A model generated the notes under the pieces. That model was not told where the DNA came from and ran no database searches. It saw only the letters and a list, made by a program, of their open reading frames with translations. A stretch of 64,000 bases of DNA from Candidatus Latescibacterota bacterium. GTDB taxonomy: Bacteria > Latescibacterota > UBA2968 > UBA8231. This document shows positions 31,575 to 41,235 of the stretch, piece by piece. The position numbers and the translations under genes are program-made. Numbering within the stretch: position 1 is the stretch's first letter; each line of letters opens with the position of its first letter. The stretch covers positions 3,392,001 to 3,456,000 of the forward strand of contig CBDETY010000003.1 in the NCBI GenBank assembly GCA_965243025.1, in the 5' to 3' direction.

Positions 31575-31778
31575 ATGAACTCAGAAAACAGGCAGTGGAT
31601 CGAGGACCTTCTCGCCCAGGGTCGTTCCCCGGAGGAGGTTCGGGACTACCTCCACCAGGTCGGAATCGATATTCCCCTGGACTCTATCGAGAACCTGCAC
31701 GGCCAATCCCAGCGTCAGAAATTCATGACGAAGGCAGAGAGACTGGGGCGGGCTTCCTTTCGCGGCCGAAAGGGATAA
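31575..31778 (+). CDS. Small hypothetical protein
   Basis: 67 aa with protein-like helical composition, just upstream of the desaturase gene. Confidence 0.5.
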   Translation: MNSENRQWIEDLLAQGRSPEEVRDYLHQVGIDIPLDSIENLHGQSQRQKFMTKAERLGRASFRGRKG

Positions 31779-31794
31779 ACCGGCCGCCCTTATT

Positions 31795-32361
31795 GTGACG
31801 TCGATCGCCGAACAGCGGGGCAGCCTGACTCAGCTTGCGGTTCCCGCGGCCATCTTCCTGCCGCTGGCCGCGGGCCTCTGCGCATGGGCCGCCGGCGGCA
31901 TGCCGCCCGCCCGGCTCTGCGGCCTGATCGCGGCCGGGCTGCTGACTTGGACCCTCGTCGAGTACCTCGTTCACCGCATCCTCTTCCACCTCGAATCGCA
32001 AAGCCCCCTGGTGCAGCGCATCGTCTACCTGTATCACGGGCGCCACCACGACTACCCGTCCGACACCCGGCGGCTTACCATGTCGCTGGCCTTCACCCTT
32101 CCGGCGGCGGCGCTGTTCCACGGACTGTTCTGGCTGCTTGCCGGTTTCCTCGCCGCGGCCCCGCTGTTCGCCGGCCTCGCCCTGGGGTACTTGGCCTACG
32201 AGACCGTTCACTACCTCGTGCACACCGGACAGCTCAGGGGCTGGGGGCTGATGCGGCAGTTGCGGCGCTACCACCTCGGCCACCACTACCGGGACGACAC
32301 CGTCGCCTACGGGGTCACCTCCCCGCTCTGGGACTTCGTCTTCGGCAGCCGCCGGCGCTGA
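31795..32361 (+). CDS. Fatty acid hydroxylase/sterol desaturase family
   Basis: His boxes EYLVHRILFH, HGRHH, YETVHYLVH, HLGHH; YGVTSPLWD. Confidence 0.9.
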   Translation: MTSIAEQRGSLTQLAVPAAIFLPLAAGLCAWAAGGMPPARLCGLIAAGLLTWTLVEYLVHRILFHLESQSPLVQRIVYLYHGRHHDYPSDTRRLTMSLAFTLPAAALFHGLFWLLAGFLAAAPLFAGLALGYLAYETVHYLVHTGQLRGWGLMRQLRRYHLGHHYRDDTVAYGVTSPLWDFVFGSRRR

Positions 32362-32371
32362 TCCTTCCAGC

Positions 32372-33118
32372 CTACTCGTCGTACCCTCTCAGCCTGCGCA
32401 CCCAGATGTTGCGGTAGCGCACCGGGTTGCCGTGGTCCTGCAGGTGCAGGGGCCCTTCCGGGTCGTGGGGGGTGTCGTAGCTGGCCGAGGCGCGGTTGCT
32501 GGTCGGGCCGAGGATCTCCTGCCGGTGGTGGAGGAGCACGCCGTTCTGCAGCACGGTGATGAACGCCGGCTTCTCGAGCTTTCCGTCCGCGTCCCAGCGC
32601 GGCGCCTCGAAGACGATGTCGTACGACTGCCACTCCCCCGGAGGGCGCGAGGCGTTGACCAGCGGCGGGTACTGGCCGTAGATCGCCCCGCACTGGCCGT
32701 CGGCGTAGGTCGGGTTGTCGTACCCGTCGAGCACCTGGATCTCGTACTTGTCCATCAGGAAGACGCCGCTGTTGCCGCGGCCCTGGCTGTCCCCCCGGAC
32801 CTCGGCCGGCTCCGCCCACTCGAGGTGCAGCTGGCAGTCGCCGAACTGCTCCCTGCTGAGGATGTTGCCGGTGCCGCCGACCACCTCCATGCAGCCGTTC
32901 TCGACCTTCCACTGCGCCTCGCCGTCGCGGCCGACCCAGCCGGACAGGTCGGTGCCGTCGAACAGGACGACGGCGTCGGAGGGGGGGCGCCGGGGTGCGC
33001 CGGGGGTGCCTCCGCCCGGATCGACCACCCGCGGCTGCGGCCGGTCGCCGTCGTGGACCCGCCACTTGCCGCCGGGGAGCATCGGAGTATCGTCGTAGCC
33101 TTGTTTTTGCTGTGCCAT
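32372..33118 (-). CDS. DUF1080 (3-keto-disaccharide hydrolase family)
   Basis: [37 protein letters not shown]. Confidence 0.92.
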   Translation of the reverse strand: MAQQKQGYDDTPMLPGGKWRVHDGDRPQPRVVDPGGGTPGAPRRPPSDAVVLFDGTDLSGWVGRDGEAQWKVENGCMEVVGGTGNILSREQFGDCQLHLEWAEPAEVRGDSQGRGNSGVFLMDKYEIQVLDGYDNPTYADGQCGAIYGQYPPLVNASRPPGEWQSYDIVFEAPRWDADGKLEKPAFITVLQNGVLLHHRQEILGPTSNRASASYDTPHDPEGPLHLQDHGNPVRYRNIWVRRLRGYDE

Positions 33119-33224
33119 CTGTCGCGTTCCTTTCTGGTTTCCGTTCGATGATCCGGTTGAATCTGCTTCACCGCCTGCCCGCTTTCAAATCGCGGTTCGG
33201 GGCCGCGTGGCTCCGGCGCCGGCG

Positions 33225-34382
33225 ATGAGCGGGCCAGTCGTACCCGGGGAGCTGCTGAAGGCCGGCTTCGTCGACCGGCCCAACCAGTTCCTCGTGCGGT
33301 GCCGGCTGGCTGACGGCCGCCTCGTCCGCGCCTTCCTGCCGAACCCGGGACGGATGTGGGAGCTGCTGTTCCCCGGGGTGGCGATGTACCTGACCGAAAA
33401 CCGGGGGGCTTCCGGTGGAGGTGCCCGCCGCAAGACCAGGTATACCGCAGTCGCCGTAGAGCGGGAGGGGGACCTCGTCTTCCTCCACACCGGGCTGACC
33501 AACGCCGTCGCCCGCCGCCTGATCGAAAGCGGCCGCATCCCCTCCCTCGCGGGAGCGGAGATAGCCGGAAGCGAGGTCCGCGTTGGCCGCAGCCGCTTCG
33601 ACTTCCTGCTATCCCGGGGGGGCGACGAGCTCTACCTCGAGGTCAAGTCCTGCACCCTCTACGGAAACCGCGTCGCCATGTTCCCCGATGCGGTGACCGC
33701 GCGCGGCAGGAGGCACCTGCTCGAGCTGGCCGAGCTGTCGCGCGGCGGCGTCAGGCCGGTGGTCCTGTTCGTCGTGCACACCCCGCGCGCCGGCTGGTTC
33801 ATGCCCGACTACCACTCCGACCTCGCCTTCAGCCGCACCCTGCTCGAAGTGCGCGACGCCGTCGACGTCCTGGCGGTGGCGGTTTCCTGGCGGCCCGGCC
33901 TGAGGCTGGGACCGCGGGTGCGGGAGCTGGAGATACCCTGGGAGTTTCTCGACAAGGAGGTCGACGACCGCGGCTCCTACTTCCTGCTGCTGCACCTGGC
34001 GCGGCGGCGGCGCCTGCAGGTGGGACAGCTCGGGTCGATCCTGTTCGAGAAGGGGCACTACGTGTACGCCGGCTCGGCCATGGCCAACCTCGGCGCGAGG
34101 CTGGCGCGGCACTGCCGCCGGCGCAAGCGGATGCACTGGCACGTCGACTACCTGCGGGAGGCGGCCGGCGCGGTGGTGCCGGTGCCGGTGCGCGCCTCGC
34201 GGCGCCTGGAATGCGAGCTGGCCGGCGGACTCGAGGCGATCATGGGAGCGGGGGTGCCGGGGTTCGGATGCTCCGATTGCGAGTGCCGCTCACATCTGTT
34301 CCGCAGCGAGGAGGCTCCCCTCGACCGCCGGGATTTCCACGAGCTGCTGCAGCGGTACCGCATGCCGAGACCGCCGGGGTGA
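33225..34382 (+). CDS. sfsA: SfsA nuclease fused to GIY-YIG (DUF123) domain
   Basis: RPNQF, PNPGRM.EL, SRFDF, EVKSCTL, FPDAVT.RG; then GSY, YVYAGSA, HWHVDY, GFGCSDC.C.SHL. Confidence 0.88.
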   Translation: MSGPVVPGELLKAGFVDRPNQFLVRCRLADGRLVRAFLPNPGRMWELLFPGVAMYLTENRGASGGGARRKTRYTAVAVEREGDLVFLHTGLTNAVARRLIESGRIPSLAGAEIAGSEVRVGRSRFDFLLSRGGDELYLEVKSCTLYGNRVAMFPDAVTARGRRHLLELAELSRGGVRPVVLFVVHTPRAGWFMPDYHSDLAFSRTLLEVRDAVDVLAVAVSWRPGLRLGPRVRELEIPWEFLDKEVDDRGSYFLLLHLARRRRLQVGQLGSILFEKGHYVYAGSAMANLGARLARHCRRRKRMHWHVDYLREAAGAVVPVPVRASRRLECELAGGLEAIMGAGVPGFGCSDCECRSHLFRSEEAPLDRRDFHELLQRYRMPRPPG

Positions 34383-34422
34383 TTGGATTTACATGGATCG
34401 CCGATGTCCCTGTCCCCTGTCG

Positions 34423-34450
34423 TTGACAAACGTACCACAATTGGTACACT
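34423..34450 (+). promoter_or_regulatory. Sigma-70 promoter with palindromic operator
   Basis: TTGACA-16-TACACT with GTACCA-caat-TGGTAC overlapping the spacer and -10. Confidence 0.75.
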
Positions 34451-34474
34451 GGTTGAATCGCTCCGGGAGGAACG

Positions 34475-34753
34475 ATGAAAAAGCATGTCGGCAGCAATTT
34501 CGATGACTTCCTCACAGAGGAAGGCATTCTCAGTGAAGTGGGAACCACCGCGGTGAAACGCGTCATCGCATATCAACTGCGTCAGTTCATGGAGGAAAAC
34601 AACCTGTCGAAAACCGCAATGGCCGAACGCATGCAAACCAGCCGGTCCGCTCTCGACCGGTTGCTCGATTCAACCAACTGCTCGGTTACGCTTCAGACGA
34701 TGGGACGCGCCGCGCAGGCCCTCGGCAAAAAACTCCAAATCCAACTCACCTGA
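34475..34753 (+). CDS. XRE/HTH antitoxin-like regulator (orphan)
   Basis: HVGSNFDDFL.EEG...KTAMAERMQTSRSALDRLLD..N.SVTL.T. Confidence 0.88.
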   Translation: MKKHVGSNFDDFLTEEGILSEVGTTAVKRVIAYQLRQFMEENNLSKTAMAERMQTSRSALDRLLDSTNCSVTLQTMGRAAQALGKKLQIQLT

Positions 34754-34786
34754 TCTGGTGATCAGCACCGCGATGAGTTCCATTCC

Positions 34787-35813
34787 TCCCAGCCGAAAGA
34801 CAGGAGACAGAGCCATCATCGATCTCAGCGGAAAAGTCGCTCTCATTACCGGTTCGTCCCGCGGCATCGGCCACGGCTGCGCCGTCGAGATGGCCCGTTG
34901 CGGCGCCGACGTCGCCATCAACTACAACACCCACCCGGACGACGCCGAGGCGGTCGCCGCGGAGGTGACCGGCCTGGGGCGGCGCGCCGCCCTGTTCCAG
35001 GCGGACGTGTCGGACCGCGGCGCGGTCGAGGGCATGATCGACGGCGCCATCGACGAGTTGGGCCGTCTCGACACCGTGGTCTGCAACTCCTACTACTCCA
35101 AACGGGAGCCGTTCCTCGAGCTCTCCCTCGAGGCGATGCGGCGCACCCTCGAGGTGACGCTCATGGGGTCGTTCCACACCGCGCAGCACGCGGCGCGCCG
35201 CATGGTCGAGCAGGCCGAGGGGGGGCACATCCTCTTCATCAGCTCGGTGCTCTCCTTCATCCCGATGCCGACCTCGGTGCCCTACAACACCGCCAAGGCC
35301 GGGGTCAACCACATGGCCGCGACCATCGCCAAGGAGCTGGCCCCCCACCGCATCCGCGTCAACGTCATCGAGCCGGGCTGGACGGACACCCCCGGGGAAC
35401 GGCAGTACGCCACGGAGGAGGAGCTGCGGGAAGGTGGGAAGGAGCTGCCGTGGGGGCGGCTGGGCACCATCGAGGATCTCGGCAAGGCCGCCGCCTTCCT
35501 GTCATCGGACGCGGCCGACTACATCACCGCGGCCACCCTGCGTGTCGACGGCGGCTTCTGGGTGAAGTAGCTCCGCCGATTCGCTGCGGGCCAAGACCCG
35601 GCTGCAACCGGAGCACGGCCGCGATCGGTGTCCCACCTTCTGCAATTGGGTTGGATCACTCCTACCCCCATCTCGGGAACTACAGCATCCTCGACCGCCC
35701 CCTCGAGCAGCTCGATGCCGCGCGCACCGGCTTCCTTGTACTGGAACCGCTCCACCCAGTGCTCCGAGTGCTCCCGGAAGAACGCCTGAAGGGCCGACAG
35801 CAGCTTGCCCAGG
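34787..35813 (+). repeat. Direct repeat, copy 1 (SDR gene plus flank)
   Basis: 34787-35630 matches 62311-63153; 35630-35813 matches 63482-63667. Confidence 0.93.
34815..35570 (+). CDS. Short-chain dehydrogenase/reductase (copy 1)
   Basis: [26 protein letters not shown]. The codon after the RBS is ATC; the ORF caller extends to a GTG at 34758. Confidence 0.9.
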   Translation: MIDLSGKVALITGSSRGIGHGCAVEMARCGADVAINYNTHPDDAEAVAAEVTGLGRRAALFQADVSDRGAVEGMIDGAIDELGRLDTVVCNSYYSKREPFLELSLEAMRRTLEVTLMGSFHTAQHAARRMVEQAEGGHILFISSVLSFIPMPTSVPYNTAKAGVNHMAATIAKELAPHRIRVNVIEPGWTDTPGERQYATEEELREGGKELPWGRLGTIEDLGKAAAFLSSDAADYITAATLRVDGGFWVK

Positions 35814-36301
35814 TCCAGGCCGCCCCTGGCATTACTACCACGCTGTGTCCTGGGCCAAGGTGGCTTGAGTGGTATGGGTCAGCTCCCGCGGAATAACTTC
35901 GCGGTAAATCGGATTGGCGATGCGCATGGGGTCGTCGATGGCTGATGAGGTCCAAATCGCAGACGTACAGCTTTGTGGTCGGGGAGCTGCGGGACGGTCA
36001 GGTCAGGCCGGTGCCGAACCGCTGCGTCGAGGGCGGCCCCGGCATCATGACCCCCGGCTGGATTCGGCGGCGGATATGGGACGAATCCCTGCCGCCTCCG
36101 CACCGGGGGAGGGGCGGTCACCCAGCCTCTTCACTACGGGACGCAAAGGGTAAGGATGCGGCGCTCAGCGGTGGCGGGGCGTACCTGGCGTGGGTGAAAA
36201 CCTTCACACTCCTGTGCGCTGACCGACCCAGTCCTGGAGCAAGTCCCCCGAATACAACGGACGAGCACGGGTGGTCCGCCCATTGCTGTGTGGCCGGCAC
36301 C

Positions 36302-36381
36302 ATGCCGGCCGCACCTGTCCGCCCACCCGAGTACCGTCGCCGCAAACCGGAAAAGGAGCCCCTCTACCAGATCCTCGCAGC
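36302..36381 (+). pseudogene. IS91/ISCR transposase N-terminal fragment
   Basis: MPAAPVRPPEYRRRKPEKEPLYQILA resembles the Y..R.PE...LYQ start of IS91-family transposases. Confidence 0.6.
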
Positions 36382-36385
36382 CTCC

Positions 36386-37516
36386 CTACACCAACTCGCC
36401 CAAAACCCCCAAAAACCGCTCCACATCGCCACTGTTGTTGTACAAATGCCCAGAGACCCGCACCCGTCCGTATTCCCCCCACACCAACACCCCTCGGTCG
36501 GCAAGGGCCTCACACAACCCGTGCGCGTCGTCGTCCGCAAAACAGGTATTGCCCGAGCGCTGCGGCCGCGCACTCGGTGAAATAACCTGCCGCCCGAGAC
36601 GCTCCAGCCCGGCACTGATTTGTTCGGACAAGTCGCGGTTGTGACCCTCTATCCGCTCAATCCCCACGTCCAATAGCCGCCCCAAAGCGTAGTCGAGGTA
36701 GAGCACTGCTACCATGGCCGGATTGCCCGGCTCCATTTTATCGGGCATCGGCTTTTCGGCGGCATCTGGTTCGCGCACAGGCCCTTGCGCCGGCCACACC
36801 GCCAAGTTGCGCCAGCCAAAAGCCGTGGAGCGCACTTGCGCCTCGGCCCGTTGGCTCAAATAACACGGCGCAACCCCGTGCGTCGCCAACAGCCACTTGT
36901 AGCACGAACTGACGCACAAGTCAGTACACGCCGCCGGCACGGCAACCGCGCCCGCAGCGTGCGTTGCATCGACCGCCAAGAGCACGTCGCGTCCAGCAAG
37001 CCCGTCCGCAAGCTGCTCGATATCGAGGTTTTGCCCCGTGTAAAAGCTGACTTGACTCACAGCCAAGACCCGAGTGCGCTCATCGACCGCGGCCAACAGA
37101 TCTTCCTCCCGCACCAGCCAATCGCAATGCGGCACCAGCCGCAGTTCGACCCCTTGCTCGCGCACGTTGCGCCAATTGTACGCCACCGAGGGAAATTCCA
37201 AATTGGTGGTGACCACGTTGTCGCCCGGCCGCCAGTCCAAGCCCCGCGCCAACCAAGCCATGCCCTCGGCCGCCGAAGGCGTAAAGGCGATCCGCTCAGC
37301 CGGAACGCCCCACAACTGACCCATGCGCTGGCGGCAGCTCTCGCCGCGGGCGTAGATGGCACGACGCCCGCGGTCGCCGCTGCTTTTGTCTCTGGCAAAC
37401 TCCGCGTAGGTCGCATCCTGTCCTTTTAACCAAGGAGCTTCGCCCCCCGTGCAGAGATGAGTCACTGCGTCGAGCCCGACGAAATCCGCGGGCGGAATGA
37501 GGCTTTTGCTTGTCAT
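36386..37516 (-). CDS. Class V aminotransferase / cysteine desulfurase-like PLP enzyme
   Basis: EFPS, VDATHAAG, SCYKWL, RVSGHLYN. Confidence 0.9.
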   Translation of the reverse strand: MTSKSLIPPADFVGLDAVTHLCTGGEAPWLKGQDATYAEFARDKSSGDRGRRAIYARGESCRQRMGQLWGVPAERIAFTPSAAEGMAWLARGLDWRPGDNVVTTNLEFPSVAYNWRNVREQGVELRLVPHCDWLVREEDLLAAVDERTRVLAVSQVSFYTGQNLDIEQLADGLAGRDVLLAVDATHAAGAVAVPAACTDLCVSSCYKWLLATHGVAPCYLSQRAEAQVRSTAFGWRNLAVWPAQGPVREPDAAEKPMPDKMEPGNPAMVAVLYLDYALGRLLDVGIERIEGHNRDLSEQISAGLERLGRQVISPSARPQRSGNTCFADDDAHGLCEALADRGVLVWGEYGRVRVSGHLYNNSGDVERFLGVLGELV

Positions 37517-37553
37517 AGCACTTCCTATTCGCTGTCTGAAATCCGCATGGCTT

Positions 37554-38978
37554 CTATTTGCTGAAGCGCAGAGAATACAGGTCTGCGTCCTTCATGACGA
37601 ACCGCAAACGCACCGGTCGGCCCGCCAGTTCACCTACCGCGCAGCCGCCCTCCCACGCGACGGAGCGTGCGATCTCGTCGCCGATCACCTCGCGGCACTC
37701 ATCCAGCCCATGACCGGGCATGGGCCTTCCATCATCGTCCTGGACCTCCACTCTGATGCTCCCGGCCGCGCTTGTGGAGAAGTTGATCTCCAGCCGCTCG
37801 CCCGAGAAGGTGAACGGCCGGGTGGTCATCTCACCGCCGTCGAAGGGCGCGTTGAGCGACGAGAAGCCGTCCAGGCGCAGGGTCAGCCGCTCGAGGTACG
37901 CCGTCTTCTGGGCGTAGTTGCGCTGCACGTACATCGACATCTCGGTGGGGCCCGTCTGCACCACGCCGCAAGCGGGATAGTTGTTCCGTGTCGTCCAGTT
38001 GCTGAGGCCGATGCCCGGCCTGACGAAGCTCTCCCTAAACGTGAAGTCGTACATCGTCGTTCCGGCCCTAGACGTGAGGAACACCCCGTCCGCGACATCT
38101 CCCGCGTCTCCAGCCCTCCCATCGACCTCGGCATCGTAGAACCGCCGCACCTCGTCAGTGATGACGCGGCTGCGGGCAAATGCAATGTCGTCTTCGCGGG
38201 AGATGTGGACTAGGTCCGCGAAGAAGATGCGACCAGGCAGCGAGATGTAGAGGTGGGGGGCGCGGAAATAGGGTTGCGTCTGGTTCGTGTACAGCTGAGC
38301 CGATGGCGTGGCGGTGCCCGTGTCGCTGTACTCCATTAGGGTGGGCCCCGTCCAGTCGACGAAGTCCTCGGAGGTCGCCCTGGCCGTGGCGCGCCTGCCG
38401 TCCTCCATGTGGCGGGCATAGAGCAGGTAGAGCTCCTCCACCTCGGACCAGAACATCACGCTGTTCGCGTCGAAGTGGTTCACCAGCTCCCTGGGCACTA
38501 TGACCTCGTCGCGGATCTTTCGCCAATGAATGCCGTCAGCCGAGACGTGGCCGAGCAGCCCGCCCTCCCCCACGGAGTTGGCCTTGTACCGCTCGGACTC
38601 CGGCACTCCAGCACGGCCGTCGATGAACGGATCGAGCGGACGCCCCCTGACGATGGCGTTGTTCTCGGTAGACCCTTCTACCTCCACGAGTCCCAGGCTG
38701 GGCTTCGTCCAGTTGATGCCGTCGGCGCTCTCCGCATAGCACGAATAGGCCATGTCGCCCCTGTAGTACATGCGGTAGACATCGTCGTCCTTGATGACGC
38801 TGGTGTAGAAGGAACGAGACCCGACCGGCTCGCGTTCGCACGGCTGGTCGTACTCGATGGCGACCCCGCCCGGCTTCGGCTCCTGCAGCTTGAGCCTCGC
38901 GCCCTTGAGGCTTTCTACCAGGAAGGTGTCCACGAACAGCTCCCGCCTCGAGCCGATGTCAACAAATGCAGCTCCCAT
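37554..38978 (-). CDS. Five-bladed beta-propeller glycosidase-like protein
   Basis: RRELFVD, YRMYY, AESADGINWTKP.LG, SADGIHW, LRLDGF, VRLRFVM.DADLYS. Confidence 0.75.
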   Translation of the reverse strand: MGAAFVDIGSRRELFVDTFLVESLKGARLKLQEPKPGGVAIEYDQPCEREPVGSRSFYTSVIKDDDVYRMYYRGDMAYSCYAESADGINWTKPSLGLVEVEGSTENNAIVRGRPLDPFIDGRAGVPESERYKANSVGEGGLLGHVSADGIHWRKIRDEVIVPRELVNHFDANSVMFWSEVEELYLLYARHMEDGRRATARATSEDFVDWTGPTLMEYSDTGTATPSAQLYTNQTQPYFRAPHLYISLPGRIFFADLVHISREDDIAFARSRVITDEVRRFYDAEVDGRAGDAGDVADGVFLTSRAGTTMYDFTFRESFVRPGIGLSNWTTRNNYPACGVVQTGPTEMSMYVQRNYAQKTAYLERLTLRLDGFSSLNAPFDGGEMTTRPFTFSGERLEINFSTSAAGSIRVEVQDDDGRPMPGHGLDECREVIGDEIARSVAWEGGCAVGELAGRPVRLRFVMKDADLYSLRFSK

Positions 38979-39167
38979 TTGCCTATATCTCCTTCAGCCG
39001 TCGTTGGAGCGCGACGGGGCGCCCCTCAGAGAATTCGAAGCCATCAGACCATCGTGCGCAAGTCCACGCCATTGAGACAAGTGCGGAGGAGTCGCCGTGG
39101 GAGCGCTCATCCCTTGGGCGAGCGGTCCGGTACCGTGGCATCTCTGGCGTCGCACGCGTCCTGCTAG

Positions 39168-40724
39168 CAGGCCGTTGAAAATCCGGGTTATTCCGGAAAC
39201 CCCGGACGTCGCGGATGTATGATTTCCTTTCCCAAGAAAATCGGTTATCAGGCTAAACATTCCCATTTATAGAAATGGTCCCGAAAAGGACAGCTCAACA
39301 ATCGCAAATAACCGAAAATTCGACCCAAAAGAGCGTTTGCGCGATCGGCAAAAGTCGAGAAAACCGATGCCAATCCATACAACCCTTTCGGCGTTCCCTT
39401 TCCGGTGAGCTTGCGCATCACCAGCCCGAGATTGAAGGCGCCGCCATGAATACACAGACGCTTGTAGATGTTGGTGTGGCCGCGCAGGTGAGTGCGGCGC
39501 ATGCCTCCCGTTTCGTAGGTATGAGCGAAACTGCGCTCCACGTGCTCGGCGCGAAGCCGCTGCAGCCTCTTGCCGCGGTCTCCCCGTATACGCCGACGAT
39601 TCGCATACACCGCCGTCTTGGCCGGCGCATCCTTCTTCCAGTTGCGCCGACCGCGATCCGGTTCGGCCACGTAGCTGCGGATCTCCGCCGTCCTCAGCAT
39701 CTTCATCGTGTCATTGCTGTGATACCCCCGGTCCGCCACCACTTCGCTCAGCCTGATCTGCTCATCGACACCGACCTCTTTCAGGCTGCGGTCCGCCTGC
39801 ACCAGACTCCACAGCAGCGACGCGGTATCCCCTTCATCGGCGCCGCACACCTGCAGGGCCACCAGCGCCTGCGTGTCCAGATCGACCGTATGTTCGGCCT
39901 TGTGGGCCATATGCGTGCGGCCGTCTTTCATCCTGGTTATGCGGGCCTCCCGATCATGGGGATGCGCCCAGTCCCGGTTGGACGCCTTGTTGGCCCGCTT
40001 GCGGTCGAGCCGGGCCACCTCCTGCCGGGTCGGCTCCGGAATGCCTTCGGCCCGGGCCAACCCTTCCAGATACTCGCGGTAGCCCTGGCCCGTATCCCGG
40101 CGCACGATGCTGCGCATCGCCGCGTTGGCCTCCAGCGTGGTGGCGTCCACCGCCACCGTCTTTCCCTGCAGCAGGTCCCGGTCGGACAACACCTTCAGCA
40201 CCCAGTCGAAGACCGCTTCGTGCACCGCTTCGGGCAGGCGCTGACGAATACGCGACAGGCTCGAATGATCCGGGGTGGACTCGGTCAGGGCGTAGCCGAG
40301 AAAGCGACGCAGAGCCAACGAATCGGCGACCCGCCAGGCAATGGCCCGCTCCGATCCCAGGCCTTCGAAATAGCCGATCATGAGCATGCGGAAATACACC
40401 CCGGGAGCAATACTGGGACGGCCCAACCTCTGGGCGTAATACGGGGCGCACTGCTCTTCTACAAAGGAATCAAACCCATGCTCTTCCAGCAGCCGGTTGA
40501 GTTGGGTGTAAAACGGATGGCTCGGGGTCTCGGGGAGGGTATGGGTCGGCACCCAGATCTCCTGCTGCTGACTTTTCCGACGTTTGCTCATCGACATCAC
40601 CGGCCTCCTTGGGGCATCGGCTCGTTTTTCTTGGATCTTTCATAAATCTAGAAAAGGGCGGGTACGACGGGCAATCGTCTGAGGCTATGTTTTTATTAGG
40701 AAATAGGACTTTTTCAACAGCCTG
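39168..40724 (-). mobile_element. IS1182/IS5-like insertion sequence, copy A (1557 bp)
   Basis: Terminal IRs CAGGCCGTTGAAAA / CAGGCTGTTGAAAA; CTAG on both flanks. Confidence 0.92.
39248..40600 (-). CDS. DDE transposase (DUF772 + DDE_Tnp_1)
   Basis: GRPSI, TPDHSSLSR, VDAT, ADRGY, VERSFA. Confidence 0.95.
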   Translation of the reverse strand: MMSMSKRRKSQQQEIWVPTHTLPETPSHPFYTQLNRLLEEHGFDSFVEEQCAPYYAQRLGRPSIAPGVYFRMLMIGYFEGLGSERAIAWRVADSLALRRFLGYALTESTPDHSSLSRIRQRLPEAVHEAVFDWVLKVLSDRDLLQGKTVAVDATTLEANAAMRSIVRRDTGQGYREYLEGLARAEGIPEPTRQEVARLDRKRANKASNRDWAHPHDREARITRMKDGRTHMAHKAEHTVDLDTQALVALQVCGADEGDTASLLWSLVQADRSLKEVGVDEQIRLSEVVADRGYHSNDTMKMLRTAEIRSYVAEPDRGRRNWKKDAPAKTAVYANRRRIRGDRGKRLQRLRAEHVERSFAHTYETGGMRRTHLRGHTNIYKRLCIHGGAFNLGLVMRKLTGKGTPKGLYGLASVFSTFADRANALLGRIFGYLRLLSCPFRDHFYKWECLA

Positions 40725-40880
40725 CTAGCGGCCGACGAGGACCGTCAGACGCTGGCGCCGGACTTGGGTTCCAGCGCGTCGCGGAGGCCGTCTCCGACGA
40801 AGTTCACCGCTATTACCGTGGCATGGCACTTCGCAGCTCTGGGATGAATGAGCCCTTCTCGACAAGGTCCACCTGAACGC

Positions 40881-41235
40881 GTGGTCGGATGGGACCAGCC
40901 ATCTCCTGCTGTCTCCGATGGAACTGCTGGAGAAGCTGGCCCTGCGGTAGGGCTGCCGACAATGCCCCCGCCGAGGGCCCGCCTGAGCCGCGGTTCGAGA
41001 TCGCCGCCTGACCTGCCTTCTCGACCCGTCGCCGTCGCCGGGCGTACGGCGGAGTGTGCCCTAAACGGTCTCTCAGACCCCGGATTGATCCGGATACGGG
41101 CCGACAGGCTACCAAACTGTACTGCGAGCTCGGTCGAAGGACTGCCAAACGATCCTAAGGGAAGTTGCCGGATCCTTGCGGTGCGCTCAGCGCCTTGACC
41201 TCGAGTTCAAAAAAGGTGCCTCATTTTACCTATAC
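40881..41235 (+). mobile_element. Internally deleted IS91/ISCR remnant ending in oriIS
   Basis: Matches ~47905-47963 joined to ~48247-48536; ends in TTTTACCTATAC. Confidence 0.8.

Noticed and set aside
39275-40645. 456-aa ORF (and its twin at 46147-47517)
   Set aside because: Antisense to the transposase; identical only because the IS is duplicated.
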